This document shows, in pieces, positions 1-13,000 of a DNA stretch of 64,000 nucleotides; the stretch's first letter is position 1, and each line of letters opens with the position of its first letter. The DNA is from Chrysemys picta bellii (taxonomy: Eukaryota), in NCBI RefSeq assembly GCF_011386835.1, contig NC_088806.1:27032001-27096000 (forward strand), read 5' to 3'. The position numbers were made by a program, and so were the translations under genes. A model generated the notes under the pieces. It saw only the letters and a program-made list of their open reading frames with translations, ran no database searches and had not been told where the DNA came from.

Positions 1-3000
1 ACTGTGTGACTTTCTAAGTCACTTCCACCTTTCTTTCCACAGCTATAAAATGGGATAATGATGCCAGGAGGATTAGTCAATAGTGATTTAAAGGTGCTAG
101 AGTGCCAAGTATTACATCGCTGTCTCCATGCAAGTAACTTCATTGCTTTTACCTTTGTGGATTAACTGAAAACACATACACAACATACTGTCTCTTCCTT
201 TCCCCTTATTAACGGTTAAGCCTCAATGTTATACCCACTGCCTGCTGTTCATGAATCCATGGGACATTCTAACGATCAGCCCCAAAAGAGTGGGCGCCTC
301 TCAAAATGCAAATGCACGGCAATGCTGCCGTGATGCAGGACAGCCACCATCCCATTCTGAAAGCCTATGAGATGAGAAAGTGGCAACTAAAACGGACAAG
401 GTCAAGAGATCTGCTTCTCCAAACCAGCACCCACTGCAGCATAGAAGCTTCTCAAGTGAGAGGCAGCCACAGAAGCCTTGGATGTTAAGAGACTGTTACT
501 GTCTGGAGCGATGCTGTCTCACATGCCGCCAGAGCTATAAAACTTATTTCAAACAAACAAGAGCTTGAATTCACACTTTGTCCACCCGGGACACCTGCTG
601 TAAAGTTGATCTACCTGCTAGTTACATAAATCTTCAGTCTCTAAAGTTTCCCAGTGTCAATTTGTTTTTCCTACAGTTTAGCTTTAAGAATAGGACACAA
701 AAACATTTGTTCAGTAAACAGTTCAACCCCTCCTACTGGTTGTTGCAAGCTTCGAAGGATGCAAAGTGACAGAAATTCCAGTCTGACTGTCATTCGTTTG
801 TACTCCTAATTCAAGATGCTTAAAATCCTGAACAGTGGGGAATGCCAGTTCCTCTCTGCACGTTTGCCACCTTCTTGGTATGATTAGCGCAATCAGTCAG
901 TAAATGACACGCGGGGGCTTTAATCAATGCACTGTTGTGACATGTGTCACATGCCGTGGCAATTTCCTGCAATCAGAGCCACTTAAAAAGGGTCTGTGTT
1001 GAAATTAATCAGACAACTGAAAAGCAGCAAGGAAAACGTGACACCTCTGCAGCTTGTACAACTAAATACAATTAGAAGCTGAACTCAATGTCAGAAACAA
1101 GGAGCAGGAGTTACCAAGGTAAAGCCCAAGCAACTCACTTTATTTGGGAATCCTACATCGATTAGCATGGCAGCACTGGAAGCAAAATGAAATTAATGTT
1201 CTGTAGCGCTGTTGTTTTTTAAATGGGAAAGGTTATCAGAAATTCACCTTCAGTCCCCACCCACCCACATCATCACCTTCAAAGTCTCCGGTGAGTATAA
1301 TTCTCAGCCTGCTGCCAAAGCCCAAACATGGGACACAGAATGTGACCAAGACTCGAAAGGATGAACACACAATAATTATCCATGCAGCAAATTTGCAATG
1401 GCTATGGGATTTCTTCCTCCAGTGTAAATAACCCTTTCCATGACTGTTTTATGATTCTTTATTTCTGATGTCTATAATTTTGAATAACCAAAGTGAAAGG
1501 GAAACCAAATGTGTGCAGAACGTAGATAACTTTGAGACTAAAATGAGTGGCTCCCCCTTGGAAATCAGGGACATTTGAGAGGTATGTACGTAAGAGAAAA
1601 GCCTATAACATGGAGGGGAATTAAATTTAAACAATATTATTTGTATTACTGTAGCTCCTAGGAGCCCTAGTCATAAAACCAGGATCTCATTATGCTAGGA
1701 GCTGTACAGACACTGAACAAAAAGACAATCCCTGCCCCAAAGAGCTTCCAATCTCAGTATAAGAACGCGACTTAAGCTGTGTTACTTACGTCCTACTGCT
1801 CTGAACTGTGGTTATAGCTGAAGCATGTTAGTTAACATTCAGGTAACACATTGCAATGTGCCTCACTTTCCCCAGAGGTAAAATGGGGATAACAACTTAC
1901 TTTCTTTGTAAAGCACTTTGCGATCTACTGATGAAAAGAGATATATAGGAGCTAGGTATTAATTAACTGAAATGATTACACCTTGTGAGAGGGAATCTTA
2001 AAAGGAAACTCTCAGATTTCAGGGGGAAATTTAGAAAACGTGGGAAGAAGAAATATTCAGTATACTCAGAGTGGTGAATGGACTCCCCGTGGGAGAACTC
2101 TGTATGTAAACAAGGGTTCGGTTTCTTCCCAGCCTGTTGGCTACTGGACTCTGTACTGCAGTAGCAATGCTGATGTGGAAGGAGTTGTGACATACCAAAC
2201 ACAGGGCTGCTACTTCAGCGTTGGATGGAGCACCAGGGGCAAGCAGGGTGGGAGGAAAGCCCCTCTCGTAACACACTTGTTCTTTGCAAGGGGGTTGTGT
2301 GCCTCTCCCGTGTCCTAGCATATCATTGGCCAACATTGCAGCAGTCTCCCCTCCTGGGATCTGCTTTAATAACCCTCTTTAGCACACACACTATCTCCGA
2401 GGAAACCCAGTCCACCTGTCCATGCCTTCCCCCCTAGCTTAATTTATCCATCTGTACCAGAACCTATGAACCGTCTTTTAGGTGTTCACAGCCCACCGGC
2501 CAGGTCCAGGGCAATGTTAGCCCTCACACTCAGGGTTCACAATTTCTTCCTCTAGGTCACAGGGGTTCAGGCAGTTGTTAGCCTTCCCTGGGCCATTGCC
2601 TGAAAAAACCTAACAGCCACCTGTAGCTATTTCCAATGGAGAGATGCCCTGTTCTATTCAGGTCTCTCCCCGTACCTGGGGAGGACAGGACCTGCCTATT
2701 ACATCCTGTTTTTCCCTTCCCACGAGACCTTGCTTTAGCCTACAGTCACAGGATCTAGGGGGAAACCAGGGTCAGATGAGAGCTGGGCCTAGACTCCTCT
2801 TAGAAAGGCACGGCCACCTCATGACAGACTCCAATGACAACGCAGAAGACAAATGGCCTGGAGCAGTGCTTTGATGCAGAAGCCCTTTCCCTAAGTTTGC
2901 TGCAGCGTGACTGAACTGCCTCTTAAGGACTAAGAGCTAGAGCCTTTTCTCCTTGTCCAAGGGCACATTTACTGCTGTGGCTCAGAAAAAAAAGCCAAAT

Positions 3001-4321
3001 CAGGCAGGAATAATGCGTCACACGGGCTAGTTAAGTGACCCGCTGACGCAAGATTTTATGTAGAAAATACAAGCTTGAGGCATGGTGGCTGTGTTGACTC
3101 ACGCGTTCAGAGACATTCAGTCTCTCTGCCTCCCAGTGCAAAATGCCTTTATTTTTGTCATTCACAAAGGCACAAGGTGACTTGAGACACGACAGCAATG
3201 AAAAGCACACCACACACAAGGAGAAATCCTGCCTCTGTTGGTGTTCTTCGGGGATGGGGGAAAACTATCCTTCCACAGAACCGCAGGGATAAGCTTCCCC
3301 AGTGTGACATTCGTAAGACAAAGGACTGGAAGGGATCTCCCAAGTCATTCAAGCAGAAACAGAAGAATAAACCATGCAAATCACATGGACTCATTGTGCC
3401 ACGTCCAGTTTCAGTGGTGGATTAAGAGAGAAAAGCGACTGCAAGTGGTGGAAAAAGAACAGTGCAGTATTTACAGTAGGGCCCACTGATGTAGCAGACT
3501 GCATATAAGAAGAACCCACAAGAGCGATTACTAAGCATCCCAGAGCCAGAAAATATTCAGCCTTGTGTTCTACTTCAGGGGCCATTACAACCTTTAAACT
3601 CAACGAGCCAGACAAAATAGGTGGTTCTTATTAATCTGTACTCCAGTAGCACCGAGGAATCCTAGCCAAGGACCACGATCCCATTGTGCTAGGTGCTGTA
3701 CAACCAGATGCAACTCTAGCGAATTCCCCAAATGCTTCCAAAGTGTAACCGCCTTACAAGTCACAACCAACGCTCCTCACATAAATGGGACGGGCTCAGC
3801 AGACGAATCCACTGGGCCAGGGTCACGAAGGAATAACTCTCATTGTCCTCGTTATTGCTCAGTTAATAGTGCTAATGATTTTCTCCAACTGCTCATCTTT
3901 TTAGAGCCTCGAGAATAAGGATCAGTGATATCTGCATATGAACCACTGTCCCCACGGACATAGGAATCTGATAACAGACAGTGGAATATTCACTACAGTG
4001 AGTGCCTACATTGGGGGGAAAATAATATCTAGAAAAAGGAAAGAAAATGCTCTTCTTGCCTGCAGGATCCCAGCTTGTAAGCAAGAAAGATATACCAACA
4101 TGTCCAGATACCACGTTTATGGATGTGGCATGAGAATCCAAGCAGAACAGGAGTCAGGTTAAAGGGAAGAGAATGGTGATACCACTGTTCCCTGTCATCT
4201 GTCCCCACCCAGAGTGTAACAGCCTCTCCCTCAGGTACTATGTACTAAAGGGGTGTAGCCTATGATCACACAATCTGGGAAGAAACCAGAGTCTGAGGAA
4301 ACTGAACCTAGACCCCTCATA

Positions 4322-4569
4322 GGGTATGTCTACACTGCAATTAAACACCCGTGACTGGCCCGTGTCAGCTGACTCAGGTCATGGGGCTCAGGCAGCAGCT
4401 GGAATACAACTGCAGCAGAGACACTAAGCTCAGGCTAGAGGCCAAGCTCTGGGACCCCTCCAGCCCAAGCCCAAACATCTACACTGTAAATTTACAGCCC
4501 AAGCCCTGTGAGCCCAAGTCAGTGGATACAGGCCAGCCATGGGTGTTTAACTGAAGTGTAGACATGCCT
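4322..4569. mobile_element. PIF/Harbinger-like MITE
   Basis: Long imperfect TIRs GGGTATGTCTACACTGCAATTAAACACCC / GGGTGTTTAACTGAAGTGTAGACATGCC. Confidence 0.75.
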
Positions 4570-5492
4570 TTATAGGCCCAGCCACCTCATGAGAGACTCC
4601 AATGATATCCGCAAAGGGAATGCAGGGGATGATAGGCCAGGAACAGTACTTTAGTCCTGGCACTAAAGATGGTGCAACCTGGTGCTTCATCAGCTCCCAG
4701 TAGATTTTTATCCCGTTCCCATGAAAGCTGGGACAGCGTTCCAAAGCCGACAGAACTTGCCTGGCCTTTTCATCTCCCTGCGTGGCGTGACTTTTCCTTA
4801 CAAATAAACATTATAAAGCTTTCTAAACATATAGCATTATGGCATACAGCCTCCTGGCCACACAGCATTAAGCAGACATTTCACTGAGGCTCTTTTATTC
4901 ATATGAAGATGTTATACGAGTGTCACTGTGCACAAATACTTTAGAATGGATTGGTTCCCAGAGGACACCAGAAATAGCTCACACATCAGCACAGAAAGGT
5001 CGAGGATGTTAACCGGCCAAACCAAACCCATCAGCAAAAGTGTCTGAAGTTTCCATTACATAGGAGTCACGGCAATACATTTCAGATCGTTCTTGCAGAG
5101 ACCAAGGTCCCTGGCAATACTTGCCCTGTTGTACCTCAAGAAACCAATCACCGTGCTGCCCCACCCAGAAATGCCCTTCTGAGTGATACTCCTGGGACCT
5201 GTCAGAAGTTGCCAGAGGCAAAGATGGCATTAGAAACTATTCACTGCCGCAGTCTGGCCCGAGCAATATCAGATGTGCAGTGGGATCTGTATGACAAGGG
5301 CAACAAGGAGATCTCACTGCTTCCTCAGACACCCCACAGTCTCCTCTAGTCAGGCTATTTAACTTCAGCCCTGTAAGCATCTCTTTAATGATCCCTCATT
5401 TGAACTGATCTTAACTCCCTCACAAAAAACTCTCCCTTCATTTCTAATAGCACCAGGTCAGCTGGGAGCCAGGAGCCCCCCTCCTGAGGAAC

Positions 5493-5870
5493 CTAGGAAC
5501 TGCCAGACTGGATCAAATCCCACATCCATCTAGCCCAGTATCCTGTCTCTGACAGTGGTTAGCACCAGATGCTTCAGAGGAATGTGTATGAATCCCTTGG
5601 TAGGCAAGTGTGGGGTAATCTGCCCCAAACCCCAATTAGGTCTCAAATAGAGATCGGCCTAAAACCTGATGCAGAAAGTTTTATTACCCTTTCAAATTTT
5701 TTGTTATCTTTAATTATGACAACTCGGGATGTTCTTGATGTCCAATCCCTTTTTGAATTGTGCTAAGCGATTAGGCCTCAGGAACCTCCTGGGTCATTCA
5801 GTTCCACAGACTAATTGCATCTGGTGTGAAAAAATTTGCTTCGATCCGTTTTGAATTTTTATCACCTGAA
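5493..5870 (-). mobile_element. CR1 3'-end fragment
   Basis: ccatctagcccagtatcctgtctctgacagtgg resembles the 3' end of the CR1 at 24870 (ccatctagtccagtatcctgtcttccgacagtgg). Confidence 0.65.
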
Positions 5871-5879
5871 CGAAATCCT

Positions 5880-6065
5880 AATCCTGTCTCTGCCACTGAC
5901 TTCCTTTGCGATCTTGGGCAAATCACTTTCCCTATTCTGTGCCTCAGCTTTCTGATCTGGATTCTTACAGTACCAACCTCAAAGGAAATAGGTGGGGAAA
6001 GGTGTTATAAGCTCCGTGAAGAGCTCTAAAGATAAAAAGAGCTATATTGGGCTAAACATTATTAT
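5880..6065 (+). mobile_element. CORE-SINE (MIR-like)
   Basis: gatcttgggcaaatcactttccctattctgtgcctcagctttct. Confidence 0.65.
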
Positions 6066-6971
6066 TGCTCCCCTTCCAGAGTCAATGTCTGCCACTTGTC
6101 AGGAGCAATTTTTCACCCCAATTCATATATGTCTGAGAGAAACGAACAGAGATCAAGAGTAACTCATACAAAGCCAAAGCCCATCCTAACTCCAGCAAGA
6201 CTGTCATAACGAACAGCAACATGCAGAATTAATTAGCCTTTGTCTTTCTCCAGATTCCTGCAAATGCCCTTCTGGTAACCTCTCTTCTGCTGCATGCCAG
6301 CAAAGCTCAGACCATGCATTGTCACAGAAGCAAGGAGATCCCCAAGATACAGAGTCTGTGAAGAACTGATGAGAAGTGAAAGGGCTCAGGGGCTGTGCTC
6401 TCAGTTACATGCCAGACGGAATCCGCACCCTGTCTGGATGGGACCGGAACAGCCACAAACAGGATTAAAGCTGACAAACAGACTCACACAGCACTCTCTT
6501 GCTTTGGTTTAAGAGTGTAACCAACATTACTCAGACAGATAATGAGTCACACAGCTCTTTGGTACAAACAACCACTTTGAATAACGCTCATAAAACATGT
6601 GGAGGAAAACATAACTGTACCTTGGGGAGAATCTGAAATTTACAAAATTGGGCACAAATGAAATACGATGTAGTCACATTGGATCTCAAACAGGTTTGCT
6701 GTTAAGAGTTCTCTGCTGTGAAGCGTAGGCTGCTGAGAAATCCCGTGATGTCTTTGTGGTGCACCAGAACTTCAAAGCTAGAAACTCATCCAAAGCAACT
6801 TAGCTTAGAATTCAACAAAACAAACAGGAAATATAACAATGCGGGTGGTATTCCTGACTCAAGAGAGACATCCCGTGGCAATAGACAGGAACTGCCTCAC
6901 TGGTGAGCTTGCTTAACTGCATCAAATGAGCTCTCACAGCACACCCCGATATTTTGTTATAACGCACTCAC

Positions 6972-7077
6972 CGTAAAGATCGGGTCCGTGAGGTGTGAAG
7001 ACATTGTATAAAACAATGTTGAGAGGAGTGATTACCAGCTTCCCATAGTAATAGCTGTCAACAATCACCAGGGGAAC
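6972..7077 (-). CDS. ALG9: ALG9 exon 8
   Basis: ttccag|GTT CCC CTG ... CTT TAC G|gtgagt; VPLVIVDSYYYGKLVITPLNIVLYNVFTPHGPDLY. Confidence 0.95.
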
Positions 7078-10000
7078 CTGGAAGAAAGCATTTAAAATTC
7101 ATGTAGCACTGGCAGCTTTGGCCAGAAATTCCAAATCAATGAGGGGTTGCCCAGTGTAGTGTCACTGCCAAATTTCCATATTTGTGCCAGGGAAAAAACA
7201 GCCTCCCAGCCCCCATGCTGCACAAATGATAGGTATACGATGCCTGGCTCTAACTGACAGGGCCCCTGCAACACAGGAACAGCTATTCGGTGCTGCAGCT
7301 TCTTCCAGGAGTATAAAGGGTTTAGAGTCCACAGCATATTTCATTCACCTTGCAGCAATGAACTGGAGATGCTGAGTGCAAAAGGGGAGTTTGGTTCCTA
7401 TGCCCCTGCTAGTCCCTTACCCCTGAGACCGGACAGTGAATGGCAAAGGCTTTGAGCAGCATCTCATTAACCAAATCAGCCTTTAGGGCAGAGCATTCAG
7501 CCGCAGCAGCCAGCATTGGCATGTGCTGCTTTGGGCAGCGGGATACGTGTTTTGTCCACCCCTCTGCGAATCAGGTAACAAGTACCATACCTGGCAGGAT
7601 GCCCCTGCTCTGCACCCTCCATACAGGTACTAGAGACTGACTTTCAAGTTCTGATTAAGACTGATTCAGCTAGAGACTGGAGGAACAACAGGCAGAGAGT
7701 AAAAGCCCTCTGGGAGCAGTAAAGGGAGGTCAGTCCTCTGCAGGAGAGGCAAGGTGAGGGGATCATTGCATGGAAGCTACACAACTTCTCGGCCTTTGAA
7801 ATCACCTGTAAGAACGAGGGGAGTGAGCCAGGAACAGAGATGTTCTTAGGAGCAGAGGGTGAGGATATTGAGCTCAGGGAGATACCTGTTAATAAGAACC
7901 TCAGCAGACACTGGGCAAGTCTTCTGAAAGGGCTCTCCCTGCAAATGAGCCCTGGCTCTGTTACAACCCCAGCCCAGCTCCTCCATTGGGCTTTATTACA
8001 GGAACTTACCAAAAACAGGATCAGGGCCACCAGACACCAGTTCAGGAAGCTCTTCCACCTCCGCTTTATTATCAGCAAGTCAACGGCAATAGGTAGCCTG
8101 GAAAAGACAACATCTGCATCAGGGACCCTTTTCAATCCAATAATCACCCACCTGCCTCACCTTGAGAATCCTTACCCCCTCCTCCCCCCAGGCCCAGGAA
8201 GACAGTTAATGGGGGTGAGGGAGGGAACGGCCGACTCTCTCCCATTAGTCTCAAGCCAGGAACTGACTTCCCTGCCAGGCCATCAAACTGTTCCTTTTTC
8301 CAAGGGGAATATTTCAGCAAATCTAACAAGACACCACTGAATGGATTGTCAGCAGCAGGGATCAAACCTGAGACCTCTGGATATTAAAGCACAATCCTTG
8401 ATTCCTAAGCTAAAAACCCCAGCTGTGTTAGCCCAGTCCATAGCAAGCACATTAAACCTCTGTATGTGCCCCAGATACCACCCCAGCACTATTCTGAGAG
8501 CATGTGGCTTATACAAACACCACCTAGACTCTGGGTAACATGTACCACATGGAGGCAGGGTTTTCCTAATGGTGCCACAGCCTCCCAGCCAGACAACTGA
8601 GCACTCAGCTTTGAAAAGCACAGAACCTCTGTCGGGCCTCTGAGCTTTTCTCTCCTTACCCAAGAGCTGCACTGAAAGGCCAACCCACGATGGCTCCAGC
8701 TGCCACACCCAGCACGGCTACAGAGGTCTTATCCATATACCAGCCTGTCATGGCAACCACTGTGGTGTACATACAGAAACTGCTGGGGAGGAAGGCTACA
8801 AAGCAAAGAAAGGAAGAGGTCAGCTAAACTTTCACGTAGGTAAAATACTGCATACGGTCAACTTAAGGCTCTGTAACAGGCAGAGTACAGTCTGCTATAA
8901 ACACTGGGAATGAAATCCTGGCCTCACTGAAGCCAATGGCAAAATTCCCACTGATTTCAACGGAGCCAAGATTTCACACCGGAAGTCCTCCAGTTAAGCG
9001 CATTCTCACTCTATTCTGCCAAGATTAAGACCAGAAATATTTCCTCCAAGTACTAAGGTCCCTTTGCTCATAACCTTCCACATTCCACAGTGGCAGCCCA
9101 GCCAGATCGCCAGTATTTGCAGATATATGATTACCCATAACCCTTGCTCTATTATCTGTGTCCTTTCTTAATCAGAAGGACAATATGAACTTGCTCACAG
9201 GGCAAATGGAGATTGGGATGGACTGGGCACGGGCCTCGAGAAACCAAGTCGGAATATGGGGAAATGGACAGGGAATGAATGAATGAGAACTACACGAATA
9301 GTGCTGGAAAGGGCCTTCTAGCCGTCATCGTAAACAGAGGCAGTGCAGAATAGATCTCAGACATCATCTGGCTGTGACGCCTCCCCTCCTTCTGAGGCCA
9401 CGTCAGCACCAAGTGCAAGAAGCTGTTGCTCGAAATGACTTCCAATTGTCACCTTCGCACAAAATGTCCCTTCACATGCACACAATACCCACCCCAGGTG
9501 TTTTACAAACCTGGGTTGCAATAGCTGGCTTGGCAGAGACCATTTAAATGGTGGGGGTACATTAAGGCACATTATAATGCCAGCCTACTGCAAGAGAATA
9601 CCTTTTCTCCCCCTGGTTAAAACTGGGCCACAGGCCCATGTGGAAATTTCAAAAACACTTAAGGAAAATAGTCCCAGAATGACCAAGACCCAGTTTGAGA
9701 GCAAAGAGGTTTGAAAGGCATGGCTCACTGAGACTGGGGACTGCAGCAGAAACAAATACAGCCAGGGAGGAGGAAGATAAAGGAAAGAAGTGAGTGGTAC
9801 ACATCTGGGACAACAGCCCGCTCTCTGGCCAGATTTTCCATTAGAAATGTCTGAAGCAGGAGAGCAATGGATTATCCATGTCAAGCACTGGGCATTGAGT
9901 TATGGGAACATTTTAAGGTAATGCTTTCAAAAAAGAACTGCAGTTGAGTTTTTCCCCTCCGGACCCACCAAGGCATTCCTGAGAGTGGGTCACGCCTACC

Positions 10001-13000
10001 TGCAGCTGAGCAAAACATCCCAGTGCTGAGAACTAAGAAGGCCAACATCAGCCGGCTCACATGCAGCCCAAATTTCTTACACACGGCCCTAGGGAAGCAG
10101 AGAGAATATCAGACATAGCGCCATGGAAACATCTGTGCACAAAAGAAAAAAAACACTCTGCACAAATCAATAGCTACTGCATGCTCTTGGGAACCCCGAG
10201 CTGGAGGGCTCTCACTCCTCAGCCCCTGAAGACAAATGGACGGAGGAAGAATGGATACTCTGAACCCATCTACACTTGGATTTCAGCCCCCTGCATAGCT
10301 ACGCCAGAGCAAACCACTACTGTAGAGACGGTATGCACCAGGGTAAGTTGCACTTGTGGGAATCATAGGAAGATAGGAATTGCCAGACTTGGTCAGACCT
10401 GTGGCCCCATTGAGTTCAGTATTCTGTCGCCACGTGGGCTTCACCAGCGTACCTAGTGTCTGCACTAAGGGTTTGCATTGGAGCAGCTACGCCAGTAATT
10501 GCTATTCCAGAGTACACCAGGCCTCTGTTTTACCAGTCACAGTAGCTGGCCACCAGTAGCACCATACCAAACGCTGCAGTTTGCTTCCCAGAATCAGGAT
10601 CAATGCCATCTCATGGCTGCCGCCAATGGAGATGCAAAGTGGGACAACGATGGCTCAAAAAGAAGTGGCAGGCTAAGACTTCCCACTTGGACCATCTAAT
10701 TGCATGTTCAGGCAACTGCTTTATGGAGCTGCAATCTCCACTGGAGTTACCCCTCAGCTGAGATCAACAGAGCCAGGAGACAGAGAACTTGGGGGTGATA
10801 CTGAATTTTGAAGCTTTCCAGTGCATCCCAGCTGAAATCACCTACATAAAATGAAGTCCGCTGTTTCCCCTCTTCGACACACCTAGTACAACTCAGCTCT
10901 GACAATTCTGATGTCAGTGGGAACGCTGTGCACAGAGCCTGGGCCAAATGCCGGAGTTAAGACTTACTCAGTGGACCTCAGAGCAGAATTTGGCCACAGT
11001 GGCAGGATTCTAACCAATGTTTCCCTATGAATCTTTGCTGGATACGTATTTTGACAGATTTCAATGTGAAGCACTATAATCCACGTGAGACGTTTTTATA
11101 TGGGTTTGTGGGTATATTTTCAGCCCTCATTGTCAGTGGCAATAACCATCCTTGTTGTTCACACTGAGCTATTCACTGAGCAAATAGCTTCATCTACTCA
11201 CTTATAAAAGTAAAGCTCACAAATGCAACTCAAGAAGGCCAAGAGACATCGCAGGAAATAAAAGACGAGAACCTAGAAGAAACATTCAGAGTCAGAAACG
11301 GAATTTATAAATGGAACTGAAGTGCCTGCTGGTAAACCGTGGAGCAAAAATGTGAAAGGCTAATACAAGATGGAATAACTACTGCCATGGTGAGAACCCC
11401 ACAAGATCTACTTGTTAAATGATGGAGCCAAAGTCCACTCAATGTGGTGCCTGATCCCACACCCACTGATATCAATGGCAAAGTTCCCACTGATTTGAAA
11501 GACACAGGATCTGGCCCTTTGACACTAAGTCCTTTATGGCAAAACGGTGAAAAAGAAATGACTCCATGGAACGGGACCCTGGGCTAGCCTGCCCTTTCCT
11601 CTATCAAGTCTTGAAAACCGAAGCCTTAACTGCAACATTACAAAGGGAAATTATCCCAAATATCCACCTGCTCTATCTTATCCAGCGATCACGCATGCAC
11701 ACAAGAGCATCTCGGTACTAAGGGGTGGCGCTATACATAGTCTGGCAGATAAGTACCCAAGGAACATGTTTTTTTTTTAAATGCTTCTTTTTCAGTTTTT
11801 CATATCTACATGTTATAATGTGTTATGCGAGAAGTGCAGCATACTGACATTTATATTTTGATTTTAAAAATGAAACCATTAAAAAAAACATTGCAAAAGC
11901 ACTACTGGATGAAATTTCCAGACCATACAAGTGAAATCAGCTACATATCTTCCAGGAAGCTTAACAGCAGGTTTGAGACTATGGTTCTCTTAGACCAGTG
12001 GTTCTCAAACTTTGTACTGGTGACCCCTTTCACATAGCAAGCCTCCAAGTGTGACCCCCCCCCTTCAATATATAAAAAAGCGTTTTTAATGTATAACACT
12101 ATTATAAATGCTGGAGGCAAAGCGGGGTTTGGAGGTGAGGCTGACAACTCACGACTCCCCATGGAATAATCTCACAACCGCTTCAGGGGTCTCAACCCCA
12201 AGTTTGAGAACCCCTGCCTTAGACTGCTTTGAAAAACACAGTCTTTATGTCTAAGTCTGTGTCCTAGCCTGAATACATGGCTACTTTCAAGAGGCACCTT
12301 TCAAACAGTTTCTAGCCTGCCTTTGGTTCATGAACCCTACTAACCATATTCCTTCTGCACCCACTTAGACACAAGCACAAGCACGCTAATTAAGAATTCC
12401 AATGCCCTTTGTGTCAAACAGTTGCTTTCTTTGATACAGACAAAAGGCCAGATGATTTCTCACAAGCAAAGCTTCGACACAAATGATTTACCTTATTTGT
12501 CCGTAGAACTCGAGCATGGAATAAGGCTGGCAAGGCATGAAGCCACAGATAAGCATAGGAGCGAATGGCATAGACTGGAGAGTATTCCCATGTCTGGAAC
12601 CCTTTCCCATAGACGAGGTAGTGCATCTACAAATCCCATTTAAAAAAAATACAGGTTAAAAAGAGGACACATTTTTGCTTTAGCCATTAGCAAACAATAG
12701 CATAAAAAGATTGATATGTTGAGGGCACAGATCAGCATGAGGCAGCTCTAGGCAAATCCATATCAAGAATCTGAGCAGACCAATTACGAAGCCTCAAATT
12801 CCTCTACTAAGGAGAGGCCACTCACCGGTTCCCAGTAGTTAAATGTCTCATCACAGTCGGAGATGTTACTCAAGAGGGCAGCGCAGAACCGAGCTGAGAT
12901 TAAACACTTGAAAGCTGTGGATCCTTCGGGTGCCCAGACCTGACCCGCCTTGTTCCCAGATGGCCTAATCAAGAGCAAAGAACAAGTGTCACAAGGACTT

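Noticed and set aside
2040-2318. 92-aa plus-strand ORF with a protein-like beta-rich look (GVVTYQTQGCYFSVGWS)
   Set aside because: GTG start, no splice or promoter support, antisense within an ALG9 intron, and no family I can name with confidence. Only a tBLASTn or HMM hit would revive it.
1-6971. Further ALG9 exons (expected TEPWYFYLINGFLNFN...)
   Set aside because: No matching exon found on the minus strand. This stretch appears to be intron 8, with exon 9 off-window.
7840-8340. 166-aa ATG-initiated ORF antisense to ALG9 exon 7
   Set aside because: No recognisable motifs. Partly explained as the shadow of the coding exon on the opposite strand.
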